A stretch of DNA of 63,204 nucleotides, filler included, from Octopus bimaculoides (GCF_001194135.2; 5 parts of 4 records of this genome joined end to end with filler, not necessarily neighbours in it), one strand, 5' to 3'. Counted from the first letter of the whole stretch, positions 50,280-62,724 are shown. A program made the numbers and translations. The notes: a model not told the origin generated them from the letters alone.

Positions 50280-50486
50280 CTTTAGGTATTCACAATTTCT
50301 CAGCTTTCTTTCAAGTGCTTAGAACTCTCCTAATAATCCTTGCTATTCCTAGGAGACAAACTTTTTGTGGAAGCTCTTCCGAGCATTCTGTTTCAAACTC
50401 CTTCAGCCATTTGTTTATATCTTCGCTTACTCTTTCCAATGCACCAGTTATAAGTACGATCATTACTGTTCTCATGCTCCAGATTC

Positions 50487-50490
<4 letters not shown>
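50280..50490 (-). mobile_element. R4/Dong-like LINE extreme 3' end
   Basis: IWSMRTVMIVLITGALERVSEDINKWL...LPQKVCLLGIARIIRRVL, next to an (AAT)n tract at 50487-50576. Confidence 0.75.
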
Positions 50491-50561
<71 letters not shown>

Positions 50562-50576
50562 CGTTATTATTATCAT

Positions 50577-51125
50577 TGAGTGAGAAAGCAGTGCATGCCA
50601 TCAGAGTGACACTGGGATAAAATATATAAGCCCAGTATACCCATCATGACTACCCGTCTGATAAGGGTACACCAGGCACATGCATCACAACCATATGTGC
50701 GCGACACGGTGATCTCATATCAAGATAAACAGCGCATGATTTTGCCGGTGGGTCCCAGTCAGAATTTTCTTCAGGACAAGTAGCTCATCCCGCTCAAAAG
50801 GTCCCTGTATAAAGATTGTTTAAGGATGTTGAATGAAACACCTATGTTTCCAAAGGGGAATTATCCAGACCCCAAAGAATTCTTCTCAACACATGGCTAT
50901 GATGCTCCCCCACTACTTCTGCTCGTGATCAGAGATGCACATATCGTCAGCCACTAAGGAACATGCTCAACTGGTTAAGGTCAAACAACTGACAAGCAAA
51001 TCTATGGTATTGAGCAGAATATTTGCTGTAACCCGTTTTTGCTTACCAAGACAAAATATTGTACATAACACTTCCAATCAATTAAGATCAGAAGCCATGA
51101 GAGTCACTGCCTGGTACTGTGTCAG
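50577..51125. mobile_element. retroposon-like interspersed repeat bounded by (ATT)n tracts; family unidentified
   Basis: Non-simple 550-bp block between two trinucleotide tails; resembles an octopus repeat from memory only. Confidence 0.4.
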
Positions 51126-51128
51126 GGC

Positions 51129-51129
<1 letters not shown>

Positions 51130-51172
<43 letters not shown>

Positions 51173-51243
51173 GCAGTAGTAGTAGTAGTCGTAGTAGTAG
51201 TAGTAGTAGTAGTAGTAGCAGCAGCAGCAGCAGCAGCAGCTGC

Positions 51244-51288
<45 letters not shown>

Positions 51289-51290
51289 CT
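51130..51290. repeat. compound (TAT)n-(TAG)n-(CAG)n-(TAG)n microsatellite
   Basis: Directly visible. Confidence 0.95.
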
Positions 51291-51419
51291 GCATGTATGT
51301 TTTACATTCGGAATCAATGTCCTTGATACCGAGTCACAACCAGTTTCCTTAGATGTCGACAACCCTTCTTACAATCCTTGCTATTTCAAATAGAGCAGAT
51401 TTCTAAACCAATGCAACTC

Positions 51420-52230
51420 TTCCATTATCAACAAGGCAGTTGTTAAGTCTGTTGGTAATGCTGCCTAAGTGCACCTACAACAACTGAGATTACTTCAGTA
51501 AAAATCTTCTTTTGTCATCGTGTTTCCCTAGCGATACCCTGGTATTTTTCTATTTTTCTTGTTCTTCGACCGATAGATTCATGTCCGTAAATATAGTCAC
51601 ATTTATGATGGTGCATTCTTTTCTTCCTTGTCCAGACCAGAACCTTAATATTTGGTCGTCTGGCATCAGTCTGTACATTAAAATCCCATAAAATCTTGTA
51701 TTGGCGCCGTTCTGTTACACTTTATGGTTGATGTTCGTACCATTTTCTTCCTCCATTAAATCCTTTTTGCCATAATATGTCCCAGTGTAGTCCATTAGTC
51801 ACAAAGTCGTGTCTGCGTCTATATTCCTTCTGTGTCAAAGGACTACATGAACTTATTATGCACATAATGGATTCCTGTTTCTCATTCCATACTCTTCACT
51901 TTGCACTTTCTGCGGATTTGTCTATTTTGGCCTTAATGATATTCGTCCGCAATGACTGGCTTCGAGCGACCATCACGAGCTCTTCTGTAGCTTTCTAACG
52001 GTCTCCATTCTTCAGCCATAACTAAAATTCCTTTGCTGCGACATCCTGCGTTTGTCTGTGATGTTAACCGTGTAGTTCTTTTCTCCAGATGTGTCTTTCT
52101 TGCTCCTGTTTTTTTTTCTTTATTGTATTCTGTTACCGTTTCTACAGCTTCTTCTTCTTTCCTCTGGCAGCTGAAATCAGTTTTTCTGAATTGTTTTTGA
52201 GTTGTCACGAAACCAATTTCAATCAATAAC
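51420..52230 (-). mobile_element. degenerate LINE 3' region
   Basis: Minus-strand fragments resembling RRL.W.GHIMR and late LINE ORF2 sequence; heavily decayed. Confidence 0.35.
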
Positions 52231-53354
52231 GTCAGAGGCTTTCACAGCTACAATTATTTAACTAAAATTATGTATGTCTGTATATATTTCGTGACTCGTC
52301 CAAGGAATGCAAGCTCTTCAGATTTCTAAATCAGGCATTGATATCTTATAACAGGTGTTGTATTTTCTTTTAATGCCTTTATAAAGGGCAAACTAAACGC
52401 TTGATCTTACATACTGTATTTTCTGGCAAACGTCGAATTTTTCAAACCAAGATTTACAGCCAAAAACGATAGGTTGACTTATACACTAAGAAGATTTAAG
52501 GACCTAAAAACTCCATGTGAAAAGCATCAGGATTTGAAAAGATGGTAAGGATGTTTGAAAGTTTACACAGAGAGCACAGTGTAACAGACATGCCGAAGAA
52601 ACACAATGTTATTGCCGTACTTCATGTTACATTCACATACAGATAATTACACGTGACTAACATTATCCCGAGTCTATGCCTCTTGATAGGATTTCGACAT
52701 TTTACAGATATTTACTTCTCGCCGATAACTTTGCACAGAAAAACGAAGACGTAACACTTAAGGATTGTTAATCATTTATTTCTTTTTATCAGTTCACGCT
52801 TCTCACTGTTTACTGTTCCTATTTCATCGATTACAATTTATAAACATATATAGATATATTAGTGTCACGTTTGGTCTTTGTTTCACCAATGAATCAAATT
52901 ACTCTGGCGTACAAACATTCAACCCACTAAACTTAGATGTCATGTCAAAAAGTTGTCGTCTCTTTATTTTACTTTCCTGTCATCTTTGTCATCTGGAATA
53001 GATTCCTAACACATGTTTTGCCGATTCGGTTTTAAATATGACCTTCAGAATCGAAAGCCAGGCGGATGGTAAAAGCAAAGTATTCAAACAAACAATCTTG
53101 ATGCCATTTTTTTTATTTCTCTCCAAAGTTCAAATGGCTAAGGGCTTGTCTTTGTTCTTTCTAAATGCATTAAAGTATGTCACTATATTCATATCACATT
53201 TTCTGAATCGTACGATTGACAGATGCGACTATATTTTAGCGTATTTTAATAGTATCTTCGCAAAATTCTATACATGTAAATTCGTTTAGACCAAACATTT
53301 TCTCAAGCTTTTGTCTTTCCCACGGTCCTAATGAAGCCATTGTTTCTTTTATCT

Positions 53355-53550
53355 TTTATCGTTTATTTGTTTCAGACATTGGATTGGGTCATACTGGAGC
53401 ACCGCCTTGGACGGTTTCCGTCGATCAAATTGACACCAATACTTTATTTTTAAGTCTGGCGTTTATTCTATCGGTTTCTTTTGTTGAACTGCTAAGCTAT
53501 GGAGCCTTAAACAAGCCAACACCGGTTGTCAGGCGATGGTGGGGGACACG
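53355..53550 (-). mobile_element. SINE family B, 3' part
   Basis: tttgtttcagacattggattgggtcatactggagcaccgcc...caccggttgtcaggcgatggtgggg. Confidence 0.7.
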
Positions 53551-54081
53551 TACTCGCAGTTGTCACATTCGGTAATAATGTCTTACGGTTGAGTTGGTTC
53601 TTATATATTTCCCTGAAGAGAAGATTACATCTTTATCAACATCACTCACTCCTTTGGAATGAACCAATTGTAATCTTCGAAACATATGTCGGAAATAAAA
53701 GAAATCATTTAACACATGCTTATAACTCCATTTATTAAATTATATATANNNNNNNNNNNNNNNNNNNNNNNNNNNNNNNNNNNNNNNNNNNNTTAATTAA
53801 TTAANNNNNNNNNNNNNNNNNNNNNNNNNNNNNNNNNNNNNNNNNNNNTGTACATTTAAATACATAAGCAGAATCCACTCATGGGATTCCTTACGCTAGA
53901 AAGAACAGCTAGGTTATAGAACCACAAAATTAGGGATAAAATCTTGAAAGGAACGAAAGGAAAAAGAAAAACTTTTACCATCTCTTCTCCTGGACCAAAT
54001 TGGTTTCTGACTTTAGTTTAGCAAATAAGATAATTTGCTAGTTTTCCCTTTGATATGATTAAGTATATATATATATATATA

Positions 54082-54230
54082 TATGAACATAACTAAGGGA
54101 TCAGCAACAGTTGCTTCACCACATACCTGTTTGAGACTTATTGTAGTAGTAGAATTAGCACTTTAACTGCTATTTCTAAATTTCGGTATGTGGTGAAGCA
54201 ACTGTTGCTGATCCCTTAATTATGTTTATA
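54082..54230. repeat. TA-adjacent foldback hairpin (46-bp arms, 57-nt spacer)
   Basis: tatgaacataactaagggatcagcaacagttgcttcaccacatacc pairs with ggtatgtggtgaagcaactgttgctgatcccttaattatgtttata. Confidence 0.85.
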
Positions 54231-54554
54231 ATTTTAAAACAACTTTTTGTATAAGTTCTTTACCGATAATGGTTTTTTCCAAACCGAACTACTTGGTAAA
54301 ATTATTAATTATTAATTTATTAATAAATTAATAATCCTTTACCCTATATCTGTAATGAGTATATATATATATATATATATACCTCAGCTGTATGCAAGCA
54401 AGGTGATATTTTCCTTACTCCTTTAATACAAACAGTACAATGGCCAAACTTGTTTTCATGGACGGTGACATTTGTTTACGATTAGTGTGCAGTGTTAAAA
54501 CAAGGAGACACAAACATACATGCTCATGCACACAAACATACTGCATATATATTC

Positions 54555-55035
54555 ACAATAAGATTTTTTTCAGTTTCCATCTATCAAATCCATTCACAAG
54601 ACTATGGTCCACCCTGGACTGCATGGCATCTGGAATATTGTCTCTGACTATAGCTCCAAGCTAAGTAGAGCTTTATGAGTGGATTTGGTAAAGGCCTGCT
54701 GTGTGTGTGTGTGTATGTGTGCGTGAGTGAGTGTGCGCACATGAGTGAGTGAGTGTGCATGCGTGTGTGAGAGTATGCACGTTTGTGCATATGTGTGCAT
54801 GTGAATGAGTATGTTTATATTTGTGTCCTTGTTTTGACATCACATAACTGATGTAAATGAGTCCTACTGTCATACAAGCAGTATTGTTCATTTTCAATAT
54901 TCTATGAAAACATGTCTGACAAATATTACTTTGGAAACGGGTGAGAGATGGCCATAGAAAATCTGCTTCGATAAATTCTGCCTAACCTATGCAAGCATGG
55001 AAAAGTGGATGTTAAAATGATGATGATGATGATGA
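54555..55035. mobile_element. diverged SINE B-like fragments plus an RTE-type (GAT)n tail
   Basis: tttcagtttccatctatcaaatccattcacaag...; gcatggaaaagtggatgttaaaatgatgatg. Confidence 0.55.
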
Positions 55036-56114
55036 TATGTATGCATATCCTTCAACGATTAAATTTGGCACAGAAAATAAACATTAAAAAGAAAACAAAA
55101 GCAAAAACAAATTAAATTAGAAAGACTACAGTACTTAACAAATAAAGTTCCTTATCACTCTTGTAGTGAATAGGTGATGGACTCCTTAGAAACCAGTAAC
55201 TCATAATGCATTTGTTAAATAAAATAGAGAAACAACAACAAAACTCCAAAAGCATGTTCAACCACCGTTAAATACCTTGACAAATCAAGCCAGCAAAGGA
55301 GACTTATTATGGTTGCTCAATCTGCTACAAATAGCAGTCAAATCTCTCACAAATCATAATCTATCGTCTTTGAAAGACTTGATGGATAAGATGTCCTGGG
55401 TTTTCTATACCGGAAAAGAAAAGAGCAGTCAAAACCAGAGATCACGAACCTGCTTAATCAAGATTGACTTGGGGTTAAACAATAACCTTGACAAATCAAT
55501 GATGTTCAATTGAGTTACTTATGTTACTGACACCACCCTAAAATCATATTCTCTTTCGTGTAAACCAGATAAAGACTCAATGTTTGTGTGCACACACACA
55601 CACACAACACACAAGTGAACACACAAACAGATCGAAACTACCTGTGATGTCAATTGACTAATTAGATCCACAAACTTTGTTGCTTTTTTTTTGTAAGTTG
55701 GTTTGTATCTGGTACCCTTTAACATCAGATGATTATTTCTACTGGCAATAATCTCAGATAATTAAATGTAGTTAAGTAGTAATACATACAAAAATAGACT
55801 CAGCAGCAACAACACCAGATCTTCAGGGGAGATGACAGTTACACACACGCAAACATAAATATATATACATGTGTGTGTATATAAGGGATACTGCTAACCT
55901 GGCAACAAACTTGTCTGACTACAGAAATGTAATGTTACTCTTACAATAGAGCCATCAGACCATATTGTTGATTTATTTTCTGGTTATTAATATCATAAAA
56001 ATATATTGTACTCTGTCATCAAGCATAGAATTTATATTATGTTCATAAACATGTAAATAGTAATGCTAGACCAAATAATGCTCTGCCACTTTCTCTCTTA
56101 TTGGTAAAAGAAGT

Positions 56115-56177
<63 letters not shown>

Positions 56178-56866
56178 NNNNNNNNNNNNNNNNNNNNNNN
56201 NNNNNNNNNNNNNNNNNNNNNNNNNNNNNNNNNNNNNNNNNNNNNNNNNNNNNNNNNNNNNNNNNNNNNNNNNNNNNNNNNNNNNNNNNNNNNNNNNNNN
56301 NNNNNNNNNNNNNNNNNNNNNNNNNNNNNNNNNNNNNNNNNNNNNNNNNNNNNNNNNNNNNNNNNNNNNNNNNNNNNNNNNNNNNNNNNNNNNNNNNNNN
56401 NNNNNNNNNNNNNNNNNNNNNNNNNNNNNNNNNNNNNNNNNNNNNNNNNNNNNNNNNNNNNNNNNNNNNNNNNNNNNNNNNNNNNNNNNNNNNNNNNNNN
56501 NNNNNNNNNNNNNNNNNNNNNNNNNNNNNNNNNNNNNNNNNNNNNNNNNNNNNNNNNNNNNNNNNNNNNNNNNNNNNNNNNNNNNNNNNNNNNNNNNNNN
56601 NNNNNNNNNNNNNNNNNNNNNNNNNNNNNNNNNNNNNNNNNNNNNNNNNNNNNNNNNNNNNNNNNNNNNNNNNNNNNNNNNNNNNTATATATATATATAT
56701 ATATTAAAGAAATGACAAGGAAATATATATATATATAAAAGAAAAGATATGGGAATATATATATATGTATGTAGTCTGCTAATTAGGCTGAAGAAAAAAG
56801 ACAATGTGGTGAAACAGGTTTAAAACATAACCTGTGGGTTTATTTTCTTTCTCTTCTCTATTTAAG

Positions 56867-56980
56867 CTCTTCCAACACAAAACCAGTATTCAGTTCTAAA
56901 CCAATGAAAGAGCCAAAGAAAGATTTTTATTACTTCAAAATATGAAAAGATCCACACAACTGCTTAATGAGTTGAAGCAG
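56867..56980 (+). other. candidate spliced exon (114 nt), possibly 5'UTR plus start MKRSTQLLNELKQ
   Basis: Polypyrimidine acceptor ttttctttctcttctctatttaAG and donor CAG|GTAGGA. All three frames contain stops, so it is not an internal coding exon. Confidence 0.2.
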
Positions 56981-57384
56981 GTAGGACCAATTAAAAAAAA
57001 ATGACAACAAATATGAACTTTGTCTTGCAATTATGTAGAAAATGTGTAGTTTTGCATTTATAAACTCTGAGATTAAAACTTCTAAAAAGGGTATGATGAC
57101 CTGATAACCATTGTATCATGATTTTGACATGTGTCATATTACTATGTATATAATCGTACTCTATAATTAAAGATGTTCCAGCGTTGATCATTCTATCTTT
57201 GTGTTAGACATAATCTAACCTACAAACATAGTACATGCTGTTTTACCAACCTATAGTCAAAGTACACCAATGTTTTAACCACTAATTATCTAACCTATAC
57301 CACTTGAGAATATCTCTATACTGTATGCAGTCTGACCAGAGAGAACATAGTCTTAATTATAATGATGTTGATGATACATAACTA

Positions 57385-57650
57385 TTTGATGATACCATAA
57401 CTGTTTAACATCTTGTTAAACAACCTCAGAGATTTACAAGGAGACTTCAAAAAGTATCTAGACAAATTGCCATCTGAAATCCCAGATGAAAAACATTGCG
57501 ACAGGAGGCACAAAGAAGAGCAGTTCCCTCCAACTTGCTTCTTCAGTACAGAAAGGAGACCCAAACATACTGAAAGGTGGTGTGCCAGCATAGCCTCAAG
57601 CACTTGGCTGAAACCAATAAAAGATAGATACACAATTAGATCAAATTAAT
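57385..57650 (+). mobile_element. CR1/L2-group LINE 3' fragment
   Basis: LFNILLNNLRDLQGDFKKYLDKLPSEIPDE resembles the CR1-group ORF2 C-terminus. Confidence 0.6.
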
Positions 57651-59569
57651 CTCTATAAAAAAAATGACAGAATGACCAAAGCTGGAACACTGATAAGTTG
57701 TTCAGGGGTTACATAGAAACAACAACAAATATAGCTTAGTGTAATGTTAGTTTAGTCCAATTTCTGTTTGGAGTTCTGAGTTTAATCTTAGAAAAACACT
57801 TAACTTCATTTCAATTGTTTAATTCTTAAACTGCGTCCTTGCCAAATGTTCTTCAACAAATGACTTGGCCATGCCAAGCAATTTGAAATATAATTTTAAA
57901 GAATGAGTAGGAAAGAGGAAAGTAAGACAACTTAATGCAAGGATGCTTTCTGCATGAAAAACAAACAGTTAAGTTGATCTTAACTACATATTTAATATAG
58001 TAAGCAAAGAACTTTTAAGTAATGACAATTACACTCTTAGTGAAGAAAAAAATTCTGATCAAGAAGCAACTCTGGAATTTAAAATCATTAAAACTGATTT
58101 AGAAAAATAGAATGGAGGCTTGCAATGATAGCTAAGTCTGATTTTGGCAAGTAGGGTTACAACTCTGGATGCATTTCAGTGCAATTAGACCACTTTAAAT
58201 AAGCGAGTCAGTGCTTATTCAGTGAAAATCTTTACATTTCTCAGTCATCTAGGCTTTGTTAAGGACATAGCAGAGTTGTTAGAACTTCAGATAGCATACC
58301 TGGAAATATTTGTTCTGGCTCTCTGCACTACAAGTTCAAATCCTGCTGAGATCAATGTTTCTTTTCATCTTTTCAAGGTTGGAAAATAAATTACCAATCT
58401 AGTGCTGGGGTTGATTCTTCTCTTTCCCTTTTTTTACTCTCAAAGAAATTGGCTATGGTCAGACTTGAAGCAGGATGGAATCTACCAGGTTAAAATTGTC
58501 TACAACATCCCATAAGTTATGCCAGAGATCTCATGGCCTCACGAGGAGTTGAGGGCCTAAGGAATCATTGAAAAGGTTTAATTACACCAAAACATGACTA
58601 GAATTATCACTGTACTTGTCAGCAATCAGGCTTACTCTTCATTGATACTCATACCCTTATTCAATATTTATTAATTTAAATTCTAGATTCATTATTAAGT
58701 ATGTTAGCATGCACTTAACTAGTCAAAATATAATTAGCCAAAGCATGTTGCACAGAGAGATATTTCATCTAGGAATTATTTAAATCTAACACAATGTAAA
58801 AATAGATCAGACTGTTTCTCAGGTGAAAATAATAGTTCATATAAGATTCAACTGGCAATAGCCCAGCTCATCTCACTGATAACATAATAGAACAATCTAA
58901 TAAGCAATAATATAGGTCATACATTGCTAGTCTCACAAGAACTTTGAACAAAATATCTTGCAGTATATTATTCTGCCCCTTTATGTTCAGAGTTCAACTC
59001 TTGCTAAGGTAAACTTACCTTTTAACTTTTCAAGGTTGGTAAAATAAAGATCTAGTCAAGTACTGCCAGGATTCTTCAAGCATAATACTACAGCTTAGAA
59101 CCCAAATAAATCTTTGTAATGTTTAGACTTTTCAGGGTGAATGGGAGTGTAAACCCTAATAGCCACAATATTTGTGTGAGGAGCAGTTTCAGTTGATATC
59201 AATTTATTTGTACATGTACATGCATGCCAGGTAAGAATCTTTTTTTTTAAAGGAAGACTGACAGTTGCCCATGCATGCAATTCTCCCCCTCAACATTACC
59301 AATGTAATGGAAAGTTCACTGATTTGGACTGATACAAGGAAAAGTTCACTGACTTGGACTGATACACCTTGGCAACAGTGACATAACAGGCAATGCTGTT
59401 AGAATGCAAAAGATTGGAGCAGATACCAGAAAACACATCTTGTATCCATAGTTTTCATTGGGTACACTATATGGAATTTCTACCAGGCAAGTCCTGTCTG
59501 TTTTCCTGATAACTAGAACTTTGGCTTTTGCTAAGTTGACTTTAAGGTCCTTTGATTTGAATTTTTCAG

Positions 59570-59810
59570 GTGTGACTGTGTGGTTAAGAAGTTTGCTTCC
59601 CAGCTACATAGTTTCAGGTTGAATCCCACTGTGTGATACTTTGGGTAAGTATCTTCTACTAGAACACCAGGCTGATCAAAGCATTATGAGTAGATTCGGC
59701 TGACAGAAAGTGAAAAAAGTGCATGTATGTGTTACTGTTCCCTTGGCTTGACATCATGTAACAACTATATGCAGGTGTCACTGTCCTTCATTTTCATTCT
59801 TCCATGAAAA
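59570..59810 (+). mobile_element. SINE family B-related, diverged
   Basis: ggtgtgactgtgtggttaagaagtttgcttccc...gaatcccactgtgtgatactttgggtaagtatcttctact. Confidence 0.7.
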
Positions 59811-61197
59811 CTAACAGATGCTGAAAGCTTGAGAATAAAGGCAGGACAGAAGGCATTAACCTTAATAAAAGATGTGCTCAAGCAAAGTTGCACAAAACTC
59901 TATGCACCAGTCTCTTCAATAGTACTGTCCTACCTGCACTTTTATATGAAGAGGGAAAAATATTGATTGACTACAATGCAAAGAGCCATGGAAAGACTTA
60001 TGCTAGGAATATCATTGTGAGAGCATATCTGAAATGAGGTAATTCAAGGAAGATCAGAGTGAATGACATGATTGCAGAAAACCAATAACAAATACCCTTT
60101 TAGTTTAGACATAGTTTCTCTCTACACTTCTGTACCGGCTCTCCCGGCCGTCGATATCTTCATAGACTACATCACATCCTTATCTCCCCCCACTTTCTTC
60201 CTCATTTTTTCCCGTCTCCCCTGCAATGTCCTCCTTCCCATCTTCCCCTTCATCTTCTCTCACCTCTTCATCCATCAACCTCCAGCTCTTCGGCCTTACA
60301 CCCTCGGACATACCATTATAGTTAGTAACACCTATTTCCAATATAATGGTGTGATTTACAGACAGACTTCCAGCCTACCTATGGGATCTAGCCTTTCAGG
60401 CCTGCTGGCCATCACGTACATGGATAAGCTAGAACGTACAGCACTCAATACCTGCTGCTCATGCATCTTCTTCTCCAGGTACATTGATGACATCTTTATC
60501 ATCATGTCTTCCAGGGATGAGGCCATTAACATACACCAGACCTTCAATAACATTGACATAAACATCAAATTTGAGATTGAACATCCAGATGAATCCAGAA
60601 CCCTCTCTCTACTCGACTTTCAACTCAGGATCACAGAGGAAGGCTCCATATTTACCAACTTCTACAGAAAAGCCACTAGCAAAAAACTTTCGTCCACTAC
60701 CAATCAGCCTTACCCACTAGAACCAAATCTGCATACGTGAGAAACGAGATTGCACGTATAAACAACAATTGTAGTGAAGTGACCGACAAAGCTGTCAACA
60801 TCAAACGGTTCCTCAAAGACCTAACTTGAATGGCTACACACCATCTATAGCCAAACAACAGTGCGTAAAGAACATCAGGGTCAATAAACCCTGGAAGAAC
60901 CATTGTACTCTCAAGTCTGGTACATGCTTCCTAAAGCAACCACATTTTGACAACAGAACTACTGCAGCAATGCAACACACAGTCCACAGGGAAGGACTCG
61001 ACATACAGATAGTGCACACCGGCCTTTCCCTGATAAAAGCTCTGTCCAAGAACAACACCTCTCACTACTCTGAGGAGTACACATTATTGAACTGTTCCAT
61101 TAATGACCCTGAATTGTGCCAGAGGACCTATGTTGTATACAAAATCATCTGTAGCAAATGTGGCACATCCTACATAGGAAGCACAAGAAAACTGCAA

Positions 61198-61492
61198 ACC
61201 CATGCCGTTAGCACATAAAAAGCACCATCCGAACATGGCCAATGTCAGTGCCGCTTTGATTGGCTTCCGTGCCAGTGGCACATAAAAAGCACCATCCAAT
61301 CATGGTCGATGCCAGTTCCTCTGGTCTCTATGCTGGTGGCACATAAAATGCACCCACTACATTCTTGGAGTGGTTGGTGTTAGGAAGGGCATCCAGCTGT
61401 AGAATCAGATTGGGGCCTTGTGCAGCCTCCTGGCTTCCTTGACCCCAGTCGAACAGTCCAACCCATGACAGCATGGAAAACGGACGTTAAAC

Positions 61493-61522
<30 letters not shown>
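61198..61522 (+). mobile_element. RTE-tail-type repeat inserted into the PLE endonuclease
   Basis: Three gcacataaaa(a/t)gcacc units, gttaggaagggcatccagctgtag, and ggacgttaaacgatgatgat tail. Confidence 0.85.
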
Positions 61523-61523
<1 letters not shown>

Positions 61524-61763
61524 CAAGCAGACACTTCTATGAAGAAACAACTGCAGAAATGCCAGACCCAGAATTCACAGAGCACATCAAGGCAACACAG
61601 AAGAACAGGGGCAACCTTAGAATCTCTGAGGCCATCCTCATACACAAAAGGGAACCAAATATCAACAACAGAAGAGATTTACAGGAAGCTAGCTGGTTGC
61701 TATAGCAACATCCTTCCACGCATGTCCACTTCACACACACGCACATCGGCAACATTTGTTAAT

Positions 61764-61806
61764 TTCTTGAAAACGGGGTCATAATCCTGAAATATTGAAT
61801 GTAGGG
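61764..61806 (+). ncRNA. decayed hammerhead-like motif in the PLE 3' terminal repeat
   Basis: ttc-TTGAAAA-cgggg tcataa tcct-GAAA-tattGaatg-TA-ggg. Stem III approximates ACATT-G-AATGT with a 1-nt loop; core mutated. Confidence 0.45.
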
Positions 61807-61932
61807 TGAGTCTACAATAATTCATATATTTGTTTTCTTGTGATTTGCCTTGCATTTACTTCGCATTTTTCTGGCCTTACCCACGTTCCTTTATACAATA
61901 TATTTTATACAATGCTCCATAGTGATTATTCC

Positions 61933-61967
<35 letters not shown>

Positions 61968-62724
61968 NNNNNNNNNNNNNNNNNNNNNNNNNNNNNNNNN
62001 NNNNNNNNNNNNNNNNNNNNNNNNNNNNNNNNNNNNNNNNNNNNNNNNNNNNNNNNNNNNNNNNNNNNNNNNNNNNNNNNNNNNNNNNNNNNNNNNNNNN
62101 NNNNNNNNNNNNNNNNNNNNNNNNNNNNNNNNNNNNNNNNNNNNNNNNNNNNNNNNNNNNNNNNNNNNNNNNNNNNNNNNNNNNNNNNNNNNNNNNNNNN
62201 NNNNNNNNNNNNNNNNNNNNNNNNNNNNNNNNNNNNNNNNNNNNNNNNNNNNNNNNNNNNNNNNNNNNNNNNNNNNNNNNNNNNNNNNNNNNNNNNNNNN
62301 NNNNNNNNNNNNNNNNNNNNNNNNNNNNNNNNNNNNNNNNNNNNNNNNNNNNNNNNNNNNNNNNNNNNNNNNNNNNNNNNNNNNNNNNNNNNNNNNNNNN
62401 NNNNNNNNNNNNNNNNNNNNNNNNNNNNNNNNNNNNNNNNNNNNNNNNNNNNNNNNNNNNNNNNNNNNNNNNNNNNNNNNNNNNNNNNNNNNNNNNNNNN
62501 NNNNNNNNNNNNNNNNNNNNNNNNNNNNNNNNNNNNNNNNNNNNNNNNNNNNNNNNNNNNNNNNNNNNNNNNNNNNNNNNNNNNNNNNNNNNNNNNNNNN
62601 NNNNNNNNNNNNNNNNNNNNNNNNNNNNNNNNNNNNNNNNNNNNNNNNAACAAAAGTTATAATAGATGGCAGGGTCAGTACTTTTCACATATCTGTAATT
62701 TTTCAGATTAAAACCCGCATGATT

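Larger units (their letters stand above)
60060..61920 (+). mobile_element. Penelope-like element (RT plus GIY-YIG endonuclease), degenerate and interrupted
   Basis: SLDIVSLYTSVP, YRQTSSLPMGSSLSGLLA, FSRYIDDIF, IKFEIEH..LSLLDFQL (PLE RT); VVYKIICSKCGTSYIGST (GIY-YIG); after an insertion, NLRISEAILIHKREPNIN..* (61523-61705). Ends at a (TA)n tract. Confidence 0.92.

Noticed and set aside
56782-56826. aggCTGAAGAaaaaagacaatgtggtGAAAcaggTT
   Set aside because: Core words are present near a TA flank, but stems I and II do not pair; indistinguishable from chance.
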